DNA from: Felis catus
Taxonomy: Eukaryota
Reading direction: 5' to 3'
Assembly (NCBI RefSeq): GCF_018350175.1
Contig: NC_058368.1
Coordinates: 136,526,001 to 136,590,000 of the forward strand
DNA length: 64,000 nt
A program made the translations under genes and the position numbers. This document shows, in pieces, positions 12,311 through 23,050 of the stretch (its first letter is position 1; every line of letters begins with the position of its first letter). The notes under the pieces are model-generated. The model was given only the letters and a program-made list of their open reading frames with translations, was not told where the DNA came from and made no database searches.

Positions 12311-12619
12311 TACTGGCCAAACAGCAGCACAAAGTAAATATTCAACAAAAATCTCGATATTCATTGTCAATGTGGAATTATGAGAAGCCCAAATATTCAC
12401 TCAGAAAAGAGGGAGACACTTTGTCTACAGTCATCTGTGAGGACCAGCTTGCTAGGTGTCTGTTACATTAGGAGGGGTGATGATTTATGGAAAAAAAAAG
12501 CTTCAGAGAAATGCATATTTTATTGGCACATCTCTAAAGATGAAACAGGAATGTCCAGCAGAGAATTCCTTTACCATCCATTAGTTGTCATCAGAGAAGT
12601 AAGGCAAAAATGGAATAAT

Positions 12620-12830
12620 TTGATAAAAGCAGCTCACATTTTTCTGATGGTTTTCACTTTGCAAAAGTGCCTTCACACATGTCACCTGATCCTCACCCAG
12701 CAGGGGAGGGAGCCATTATTTCACAGTTGAGAAAATGGGGACGTGGTCAAGGTCAGAGATGGTATGAATAGAGGAGCTAGGACTCAAGGTTTTTGACTCC
12801 AAATCCCAGCTCTTTCCACTCTATCATCCT
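12620..12830 (-). mobile_element. MIR SINE, degenerate
   Basis: 'attttcacagttgagaaaatgg...caaggtca...aggactcaaggtttttgactccaaatcc'. Confidence 0.65.
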
Positions 12831-12911
12831 GCCTCTGTTAAAAGGCAGGCATTGCTGTTTTGTTTTTTAAAGTTTGCTTACAACAGTGAAATACTTACCT
12901 TGGGTGAGGCC

Positions 12912-13377
12912 TTTTTTTTTTAAATTTAACTTTATTTTTTAGTTTTTAAAATTTACATCCAAATTAGTATATAGTGAAGCAATGATTTCAGTAGATTCCT
13001 TAATGCCCCTTACCCATTTAGCCCATCCCCTCTCCCACAACCCCTCCAGCAACCCTCAGTTTGTTCTCCATATTTATGAGTCTCTTTTGTTTTGTCCCCC
13101 TCCCTGTTTTTATATTATTTTTGTTTCCCTTCCCTTATGTTCATCTGTTTTGTCTCTTAAAGTCCTCATATGAGTGAATTCATATGATTCTTGTCTTTCT
13201 CTAATTTCACTTAACGTAATACCCTCTAGTTCCATCCACGTAGTTGCAAATGGCAAGATTTGATTCTTTTTGATTGCTGAGTAATACTCCATTGTGTGTA
13301 TATACCACATTTTCTTTATCCATTCATCCACCGATGGACATTTGGGCTCTTTCATACTTTGGCTATTGTTGATAGTG
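12912..13377 (-). mobile_element. 5'-truncated carnivore L1 (ORF2 C-terminus, 3'UTR, poly(A))
   Basis: Translation KEPKCPSVDEWIKKMWYIHTMEYYSAIKKNQILPFATTWMELEG; T-tract at 12912; TSD gggtgaggccttt (12902-12914) / gggttaggccttt (13378-13390). Confidence 0.95.
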
Positions 13378-13419
13378 GGGTTAGGCCTTTCTTGATGGGC
13401 TCTCTGTGAATATACCATG

Positions 13420-13590
13420 TACTCCTCAGAACAACCCCATGAGACAGTCACTATTATTACCCTCACTTTATAGATGAGGAAATTGAAACAGAGAAGCTCA
13501 GCAACTTGCCCAAAGTCACACAGCTAAGAAAGTGTGAGTTAGGATTAGAACCCAGGTGTTTTGACTTTGGAACTCAGGCTCTTAACTACA
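13420..13590 (-). mobile_element. MIR SINE
   Basis: 'cactttatagatgaggaaattgaaacagagaag...caacttgcccaaagtcacacagcta...ggattagaacccagg'. Confidence 0.85.
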
Positions 13591-13802
13591 TTTTGCCATT
13601 TTATCTTCCACATACCCAGCCCTTCAAGCACAGATAATAGCAACTCACTTGACCGGAGTCACATGTTGACTGATGCTGATCCTAGTCCAGAACTCTGATA
13701 AGTTTGATCAGTAAAAGGGAATTTTATTGAAAACTTTCTGATAGTGATGTGTAGCGTTAGATATTTTGAAGTTAGGCACAAAAGAAGTGGAGATGTAATT
13801 TC

Positions 13803-14021
13803 TTTTTTTTTTTTTTTTCAACGTTTATTTATTTTTGGGACAGAGAGAGACAGAGCATGAACGGGGGAGGGGCAGAGAGAGAGGGAGACACAGAATCGGA
13901 AACAGGCTCCAGGCTCTGAGCCGTCAGCCCAGAGCCTGACGCGGGGCTCGAACTCCCGGACCGCGAGATCGTGACCTGGCTGAAGTCGGACGCTTAACCG
14001 ACTGCGCCACCCAGGCGCCCC
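13803..14021 (-). mobile_element. Young feline SINEC (SINEC_Fc-like)
   Basis: Intact head with CpGs, ~16-nt T tail; TSD agatgtaatttctttt (13791-13806) / agatgtgatttctttt (14023-14038). Confidence 0.98.
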
Positions 14022-14109
14022 AAGATGTGATTTCTTTTAAGGAGGTTGCAGTGGCAGCCAGTGTGCCATCAACTGTCTTGTGTGGCAGTTCTGTGATTCA
14101 GGGTGGTGG

Positions 14110-14380
14110 GTCTAGTCAATTGTTACTGTTCAGGAAATACCCACTCTCCCCTACACCTTTTTTCAACACATAGAACAGGTGTACTTCCCTATCCATCTTG
14201 GGCTTGGCCATTTGACCTGCTTTGGCCATTACGGTATTGGCAGATACAGAATGAGCAGAGACGTTAGTTGTGCTTGTGGAGTGTGGCTTGGTCTCTTGAG
14301 GTTCCTCCATCCACCAGGAGAGGAACATGTCCCCGTAGCTCCTTCAGTCTGAGTCCCAGAATGAGATACCCAAGGGATGA
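14110..14380 (+). mobile_element. MaLR LTR fragment (MLT1J-like)
   Basis: 'ttgggcttggccatttgacctgctttggcca...cttcagtctgagtcccagaatgaga'. Confidence 0.65.
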
Positions 14381-15159
14381 CCTTCTGTGATCTTGACTAT
14401 ACAGTTGAAAATGCAAACAGAATCAATTGAAATAAAACACCACCAAGTGTGTCCCTTTCAAAGTGAAGGGCGGAGATGATTTGCAGGCTCTTGATTACCA
14501 TGTGTAGCCACAGAACCAACCTAAATATTGGGTGCTCATGGCAGATAGGATACAGAAGGTGCGAGGACCTGGTGGCCTCAAGGAGGAAGCTGCAAGGCAC
14601 AGGGAGCATAAAGGGACACGATGCTCAGGGAAATAATGCCTTGTGCAGTAAAACGAGCACCACCAACACTTTATCATTTGGAGAGGCTATCTAACTTCTT
14701 CTGAAAGTGATAAGAAGAAATGTGGTTACCAATAGGCTCGATTTTGAAAAACTGTTTCATCATTCTTAAAAGCAAAATGAGTCATTTGTTTTTCTCACCA
14801 CCCCTGAACAATAAAAAGAGAAGTTTCAAGTAGTTCCCTTATATGTCCTTGTTCTATACACCTGACGTGAAGTCGGGGGCCTTATGCACTGCAGCCAACA
14901 CTGGAGGCCATAACCATGACCTGTAGGACAGGAGTATGTGGTGTTCTCCTCCTGGTCCATCACACATGGGCAGTGGATGGGACCTCTCCATCTAGGCCTG
15001 GACATTTAAAACCCAGGGACTTATCACTCCACTGTTTTATATGTAAGATGAGAATCTCTTTGTAATAACAAAAAGTAGTTAATTCCCTTATCAAACATAA
15101 TAAATTGCTCAAATAATAGACAGGAGTAAAGTAACATAATTTTCTAAATACCAAAAAGG

Positions 15160-15607
15160 GCTTGGAGAGACCTCAAGGGTATTATGCCAAATGAAAAAAA
15201 AGCCAGTCTCAAAAGGTCGTATGCATTATTTACTGTATGATTTCATTTATATAATGTTCAGGATATGACTAAATTACAGAGATGGAGAACAGATTAGTGA
15301 TTGCTGGATGTTATAGATGGGGGGCTGGGGAAGGGGATGAATGTGAGTATGAGGAGGTAGCATGAAGGAGATCTTTGGAGTGATGAGTAGCTCTGTGTCT
15401 TGATTGCAGTGGCATTTACAGAGCCCTAAGCATGGGACAAAATGGCATAGATATATAAACACATTGTGCCAATGTCAATTTGCTGGTTTTATTGCTGTGC
15501 TACAGCTATGTAAGGTGTAACCATTGGGGGAAACCAAGTGACCTCTCTGTGCTGTTTTGCTATATCCTGTGAATCTATGAATCTGTAATTATCTCAAAGT
15601 AAAAAGA
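15160..15607 (+). mobile_element. Old eutherian L1 3' end (L1MC-like)
   Basis: 'agccagtctcaaaaggt...tactgtatgatttcatttatataa...agagatggagaacagattagtg...gtgaatcta...aattatctcaaagtaaaaag'. Confidence 0.8.
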
Positions 15608-15629
15608 ATTTTTGTTTGGTTGTTTGTTT

Positions 15630-16238
15630 TTATAAAACCAGAATACCATGATCAAGAAAGTAAAAAGATGTGGGATGCCTGGGTGGCTCAGTCAGTTAAG
15701 TGTCTGACTCTTGATTTCAGCCCAGGTCATGATCCTAGGGTCATGGGATCAAGCCCTGTGTGGGGCTCTGCGCTGACAGTGTGGAGCCCGCTTGGGATTC
15801 TCTCTCTCCCTCCCTCTCTCTGTCCCTCTCCTGCTTGTGTGCATGCATGAAACATAAATATTTTAGAAAAAAAAGTGAAAAGACCAGGCTACCATTTTGG
15901 AAAAATTTTTTGCAATACATTTATGTGACAAAGGGCTCAAATACAAATTCGTAATGGATTCCTATAAGTCAATAAAGTCAAAGAACTCCATAAAAATGGG
16001 CAAAAGACAGTATCTAAATACCTGGTGACCACTTAAAAAGGTATCCAACATCATTATTCATTAGGAAAAGGCAAATTAACACCACAGTGAGATACCACCA
16101 CACATACCCATTACAATGGCTAGAATTTAAAAAACTGACAATACCAAGTTTGGTGAGGATAGGGAACAATTAGAATCTTCATATATCACAAATGAGGATG
16201 TAAGTTGGACGAGACACTTCAGAAAACAGGAAGCAAGC
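15630..16238 (+). mobile_element. Old L1M ORF2 3' region, left part (split by a SINE and by an ERVL)
   Basis: 'aaaaatgggcaaaagac', 'ccacagtgagataccaccacacatacccattacaatggctag', 'gacaataccaagtttggtgaggat'. Confidence 0.8.
15672..15870 (+). mobile_element. Carnivore SINEC nested in old L1
   Basis: Head 'gggatgcctgggtggctcagtcagttaag'; TSD-like aaagtaaaaaga / aaagtgaaaaga. Confidence 0.95.
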
Positions 16239-16239
16239 T

Positions 16240-18452
16240 CTGTGATGAAGATAAATTCATTAGGACGTACTGTTGGGACTGGCACCTGGGAAAGGAAAGG
16301 AAAAGGAAGCACAGGAAGGAGGTTGGGGCTGAGGGCAGAGCTGGGCTACAAGGCAGTCTCAGGAAAGACCTCATGATGAGCACTAAAGCTGGGGTGGCCA
16401 TTCAGAGTTGTTCTGGGTTGGGGATAGATAGGGAGCTCAGTTTTATGCCTCAGACCAGTCACTGAAGACTGATCAATCATTGGATGTGGACTGGCCTGGG
16501 ACAGAGTTGTGATCTTGGGTAAGGCACCTCTCCCCAGCCAAGGCAATCCCTGGGCTGTCCTCCAGTTGTACTCTCAGGAGCAAGGAAAATGGCCCATCAT
16601 TCCCAACAGGGGGTCAGAGTGGCACATCGGAGCTCCACCACAGTCCATCTGTTATACTACCCAGGTTTGCTTCCTCATAAAGGTTCAAGAATAGCTCCTC
16701 TAAAAATTCCTACGGGTTCTTTTTGGACAAACTGTAGTCTCTGCCATCTCAGGTGGGACTGATAGCATCCACATCTCCTGTGACCCAGGCTGACCTTCCT
16801 TTACCCTCAGTTACCAACTCTACTGGTCTCACAGGCTTACCTGATGGTGTGAACCAGACCTTCATTCCTGAGAGCTGAGTCTCTGGTTACAGTGCTTTTC
16901 TCAGGCCAGGATTTCTTTTACCACCAAAACTGGGCACAGGAGTATCAAGAGTCAACCAGATAAGTCACCTAGATATCAATTATATTGATATAATATATAT
17001 CATCCTCCTGATCATCTGGGTCTATTATTTCTGCCAGAATAGTGGTTCCTTTTCTTACCATTAAGTCTCTTGGCAGAAAGAGAGAAAAATGTGTGGGCAG
17101 CAGTCATATTTCAGTAATATCCTTGCTGAGTCCCCTAGTGGAAGGGTTCCCCTTCTTGGAACCAGAACCTCTAAACCCACAGAGCCCAGACTTGCAGGGA
17201 TATGATGCACAAAATCTCTCCGTCATTGGGAGTCATGTTATTGTCAAGCCTTTCCTCCTTCTATTTCTTGGTTCTTAGGCCAATGTATTCAATCTACTGG
17301 GGACAAAGAGCCACATAAAGGTCACCGATTTAGAGTGTAGGTTGTGTCCTGGAGGATGGCACCCAGTCCTGCAAGGTACCATCTCCAAATTGGCACGTGA
17401 GCTGTTCCTTCAACCGGTTATTCCATCACTCTATCAGGCTAGCTGCTTCTGGGTTATACGGCATTTGATGTAACTAGTGAATCCCATAGTCATGTGCCCA
17501 GTCACAGAGATGTTTGGCTGTAAAGTGGTGGATCACCCTGTAAACTTCAGACAGTAGAGTTGGCTTTAACTCTGTGGGCAGGAGAGACAAACCCATATCT
17601 AAATATGTCTCTAGTATTGTCAAAATGAAGCACTGTCCCTCTAGGATGACAGACGTTTAAGTAATCAGCCTGCCACCAGGGAGTTAGTTGACCTACTTGA
17701 GGGATGGGACTGTATCAGAGACTTACCACTGATTGGTCACTGTTGCTAGCAGGTTGGACATTCAACAGCAGCATGGGCAAGATCAACCTTTGTAACTGGG
17801 AGGCATGCTGCTGGTACCACAGATAGTCTCCATTCCTACCATGATTACTCCATTCATATGTCCATTATGCTGGCACTGGCATGGCCAATGAGAGGGGCTG
17901 ATGTCAACTGTTTTAATGATGGTCTGTCTGGATTTGTAATGGTTTTTCCCAGGGTGGAGTGTTAACATGAAATACTAAGATCTCCATACGACAAGCTCAT
18001 TCCCGTATGTCCATCCACATCTTTCTACCCCAGATTTCTTTGTCTCTGACCTTCCTGTTTCCTTGCAAACCATTATCAGCTGGTTAAGTCATTTGCTGTT
18101 GTCCATGAATCTGTGTATATTTTACCCCCTGACTACTACTCTCATCGCACAAAGAGGATGACCAGATTCAATGTCCAAAGCTCTGCTCATTGAGAGGGTC
18201 CCCCTCACCATTGTCTTTGGGTTCATCAATGAGTATCAACTGTCATCTGGTTTTGACAAACCAACCCATCTATGAAGTGAACTCAGGCTTTTTTTCTCCT
18301 CTGTCATCTGGTCTTAAGGGATCTCCCATGTGGTCATAGGTGTGAGCTGAAGAATAAGCACTCTTTAGCTGAAGCAATTCCCAAAGAGGGCTGACAGCTG
18401 GCAGAAGTCCCAGCAGCTAGGAGGAATCTGAGGGAATTATTATAATGTCCAC
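16240..18452 (-). mobile_element. Internally deleted ancient ERVL provirus (LTR16 / ERV3-16A3-like) with integrase relic
   Basis: LTR ~16240-16642 ending 'ctccaccaca'. Minus translation near 17660-17880 gives WTYEWSNHGRNGDYLWYQQH, TKVDLAHAAVECPTC*QQ and WWQADY (ERVL integrase zinc-finger and core start). Second LTR piece ~18350-18452. Confidence 0.82.
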
Positions 18453-19037
18453 CAAAAGCATCAACTAAAGCGAAACATATATCTACCCTATCACCCAGAC
18501 ATTCCACTCTTAGGTATAGATGGACAAGAAATGAGTGCATTTGTCCAGTAACAACAAAAAATGATAAAAAATCCATAGCAGCTTTCTTCATAATAGTCCC
18601 AAGCTGGAAACAGCATATACGTCCATCAAGAGAAGAGCTACATCAATTAGGAGTGTAGTCATACAATGGAATACAAAACCATAATATAAAAGAACAAACT
18701 GATGATAAATACAATAATGTGGATGAATCTTACAGACATTATGTTGAGTGAAAGAGCTGGAGCCCAAAGAGTATATACTGTCTGATTTCATCTGTATGAT
18801 TTACCAAGGACAGGCAAAACTAACTCACGGCATTTGAAGAATAGTCTTTACTTCTGGTAGAGGTTGGTGGGTATTGCCTGGGAGCTTTCTGGGGTGGTAG
18901 AAATATGTTGTATCTAGATCTGGAATTTGATTACATCAATGTATATTTATATGTAAAAATTCGTGAAGCTAATACACATAAGATTTGTATACTTTACACA
19001 TTTCACTTTCTTCTATTTTATATCTCAATTTTAAAAA
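18453..19037 (+). mobile_element. Old L1M 3' end (L1MB/ME-like), right part of the element starting at 15630
   Basis: Resumes 'ctaccctatcacccagacattccactcttaggtata', then 'tggatgaatcttacagacattatgttgagtgaaaga' and a 3'UTR ending 'tatatctcaattttaaaaa'. Confidence 0.85.
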
Positions 19038-22000
19038 CCTCAAATAAATAGCATATGCAAGTGAAACAAAAAATGAAAACATACAAAAAAAAAGACAGGT
19101 CGTTCCTTAATATATGACACCTCTGCTTTGACCTTCTCCGTTCTTTTAGGAGGCAAATCCTTAAGGCATAAATACTATGTAAATCCCACTTTGCTATTGC
19201 TACATTACTTAGAGTCACTGTGTCCTGAATTTACCTGATCTGATTCTTCTTTGGGTCTTGGGGTTTCTGCTCAACTGTCCTTCCCATCTATAGCAGCGCC
19301 TTCCCTCTCTTTCCTGGAATAATTTCCATCTCTGGAGCAAACTGCAGCCTACAAAATATAAACATGCTCCAGTTTCCTTCCCTACACCTGTAAATCTTCT
19401 CCTGCAGCTGATGTCCCTCTTTTATATTGGAAGCATTTGATGTCACTGTTTCTCAGCTATTTTCAATTACCCTGTCACTTTCCTTCCCCATCCTCCAAGG
19501 CTTTCTGTGTGTGAATGATTTAGCAGGATTCAGTAATCAGATACTTAAAGGGACCAGCTTCTTGTGAAATAAGACAATTTTTTTTTCTGCACCAAATTAA
19601 CCCAGTTAACACTGTGTGTGAGTTATATACAGTCTTGTTCCCATGGTGAATATGCTAGGCACTGATCTATCAGTGTTGGGGGTAGACAGATATGACAGAA
19701 GCATTCTATTCCAATCATCTAAACATTTTCTTCACCTGTAAAATAGAGAAGTAATAGGTAATAGAATTTCTTTGGGACTTAGGTCAACATATATAAATCA
19801 TTAAAACAGATCCTGATAATGGTGAGTTCCTTAAGGAGAATTCTGATCAGAACCATGTTGCTCACTGAGCATGTGCAGAATATGTCCATGGAAACCAGCA
19901 ACAGCAAGAAAATGCCTCCAGTACAAATAAATGCACCTTACTTGGGAAGGACAAATCCCAAACAGGAAATGATCTCCTGTTGTTAACAGGCAACACAGAA
20001 AGAATGATTTGTTACGTAGAGAGAATTTCTTTAAAGACTGAGCTGAATTAATTATTGAAGATGTATGTGATGAGTAGGCAGGATAATATCAAGGAGTTCT
20101 AAATTATTTACACTTTATTGCTCTTGGTCTGTGGGTGTTTGACATGCCTCATCTTCTGCTGGGGGATTCTGCAGAGTGTTCTTGGCCCAGAATATTTTCT
20201 GATAGTGCATATCCCTAAGAAATCCTGAGACGTCTCATTCATTTAAAATAATCGGTTTCTTGAATTCTCTGTCACAAAGATTCTGCTGTTAGCAATATCT
20301 TCTTTCAGGTTGCTGATTGTAGCTTTTGTTGTACGGTGCATGAGATGGAAGAGATGTTTCCAAGGAACATGTCAGTTTTGAATGTACAATCAACTATCTA
20401 CCATGCCTGAAAATCTTGATGTAATGGTAACAATGATGCTGGGAAGGTCTTTACCACTTCTTCTACTTGGATCATCTCCTGGTGCTTTGGAGCGCCCAAT
20501 GGTCCACATGTGGCCATGTGCTCTAGTGTGTCGATTAAAGTTAAGCAGCTGTTGTGGCATGCCCCACACATCTCTGGAGCCAGATGCCAGTATTATGGAA
20601 GGGGACTGAGAAGTTCCCCTGAGACCAAACTGCACACAAAAAGAGAAGGGGGAGAATATTTATGAACAGCTATGAAGAGAATTTTGATTTGACTCATCTG
20701 GGATTCTTTCTCATCTTTATCATAAAAGGAGAATCAGAGGCATAAAAGTCCTGTGCAAATTAGTTGTCACTAATGTCTCAAGCATTCCAGATTCCCATCC
20801 TTGCTCTGCTTCCCCCAGGATAAATGATTATGGGGTCCCAGCAAAGGTCAGATGTTCAGGATAGGTTCTAGAAGAATCCAATACATTTATCATATTTTAC
20901 ATCAAATTTTCCCCAAATCTGCAGAGCCCTGGCTGTAAGAAATAGCCTAAACCTAGGATTTGAGGTGGATGTAGGGAAGTGGGGGTGTGGGGGGCAGAAA
21001 AGGAGGGTTATATTTGGTTTATCTTTGACAATTCTATCTTGATATAGAGGTTTTGACTCTAGGAATCTCTATGCCAAGATGGTTACCTCGACTGACATCC
21101 TTTGAATTAAGTTAGAAACTAGGAATTTGAGAGAGATGATTAAAAACCTTAATTGGGGCCACCCATAGCATTTATTTATTTTTATTTTATAACCCTACCA
21201 TCATCTGTGGGCATCTAACTTTTTGTCATTTTGGCCAGAATCATTTGGGTCGGTTGATTCTAACAGGGTCTTTAGATTACTAGAAGATATAAGAAGTGGG
21301 GCAAAAGTTCTTAGTCCTAACCTTCAGGTACACCTGGTAAGGCCTTGTAAATCCAAATAAACCCCATCTTCCTTCCCTTCAGGGGGTTGGAACAGCCAGG
21401 CAATACTGAAGAGGGCTCTGTCTGGGTATGTCTTGTCTGCTCCCTGGAAAGGGGTGGGGACCAGAAGCTGTTCGCAAGATGATGGACTGAGATGCTCCAT
21501 CTGAGTTAGTCCTTACATTTCCACTGCAACCTTTTGTTTGACATTAATTTCTAGACTCTCAGGGAGATCCTTACTCAAGTGAGTTAATTCTAAAGAACAT
21601 CCCCAGATTAATTAGTGTGGATTGTTTTACTGTTCCTTTAACTCAGAGTTGATGCTCTCACTGCCTTGTCCCTGTCCGCCTCGACTAGTGCAGGGCAATA
21701 ATCCTGTCCTGCCATTTACTACCCATTCTCCCTTCTTCTTATTTTGGGCTTACATCTCTGAATGCTTTTCAGATCCTCTGAATTTCTTTGCATGACACTT
21801 CTGACGTTCCTAATTCTGCATTCCAGATAATTCCTGACCTGCTGCTGTTGTTGGCTCTTTGCGGGAATGCTGGATGTGTCCTTGCCAGGATACAGGCCCT
21901 CAGCTCCTGTCGGCCAACAAGCTGGCAGACCCCTTAATATGTCTGAAGGCCTTTTCCTTCTTAAGCCTCAGTTTCCCCTCCTCTCAGAGACCTTAGGAAG

Positions 22001-22340
22001 TCTCTTTGCCCTTGTTCTCTGATGATGTGTTAGATCTGTAAAGGCATTTTCTTGCTAAATCCCACTTCTTTTCCCCGTATTAGCAAGAACCCTTTTTTCT
22101 TCAGAAAAAGGCCTCCTGAATGCTTTTCCTTCCTTCCTCCCTTACCTTAGTTGCTGTCTGCAGCATCCTTGAAGCTTGTCTGCAAGTGTGCATGTGGGTC
22201 TGGGGAGAGGTGGACTTTGGGGCTCGGGCAGGTGAAGAGCCCCAGAGGAGGGAACACAATCCGCTTTCCTGGCTTGTTTCTGCCTTGTCTAAAGACTACA
22301 GCTCTGCCTCCCACTGACACCCAGGGCAGCACTGTCTTCC

Positions 22341-22819
22341 TATAGCTGGGCCGCAGGGGTCCAAGAGCACCTGGCCCTGGGGGTCCCAAACAGACCAGGT
22401 TCAGCCACTTGCTGCTGACAAAATCCAAAGAGAGAGAGAGACCAGTGGTGGAGAAACAAGAAAGGAATTAATGCAGTGAGGCCAACACTGGGAAGACAGC
22501 GGACTGGCATTTCACAGACTGTCTCCAAAGTGTCAAGCATACTTTCAGGTTTATATAAGGAAAATGTGGAACAAAGGTGGGTGGGTACATGTGGGTGGGC
22601 AGTGAAGGTTAGGTTGATCACGGGTCTTGGGGTCAATCACTCAGGGGGGTCTTGCTGGCTCAGGGCAGTCCTTACTGCTTGAAGGGGTAGTGTCAGTTCC
22701 CCTTAGGGAAGGCTTTGCCTACAGGATCCTTTGCCTGAGTTAAGAGATAAGCTGGAAAGAAGAACTTACTCAATTACAAAGTTTGAGGTCAAAATGGAGG
22801 TAGCTGAAGTGTTCTTTCA
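22341..22819 (-). mobile_element. Solo LTR, ERV1-like (probably carnivore-specific), 479 bp
   Basis: Minus strand begins TGAAAGAAC, has TATA 'ttatataaa', ends ...gctaTA (degenerate CA); flanks cttcc / tttcc as TSD. Confidence 0.72.
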
Positions 22820-22859
22820 TTTCCAGACCCCAGACAGAAAAAGCCCTTCTTTGTGGTTG

Positions 22860-23050
22860 GTAACCATAATGGCTGACATATGTGGACTGCTTGTTATGTG
22901 CTAAGCTCAGGACAGCAATTATTTTATTGAATCCTTGCCCTGAAGAAGTTCTGAAAGGTGGGTCCTGTTTTACAGATGAGGTCATGGAGGCCCAAGAAGT
23001 GGCAGAGCTGTGCTAGAAACCCAACTCTGACCCCAGAACTGGAACACTTG
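22860..23050 (-). mobile_element. MIR SINE
   Basis: 'cctgttttacagatgaggtcatggaggccca...gtggcagagctgtgctagaaaccca'. Confidence 0.75.

Noticed and set aside
21717..21975. ~85 stop-free codons on the minus strand with a QQQQQ run, possible exon
   Set aside because: No good splice donor or acceptor, no start, no recognisable homology; length compatible with chance.
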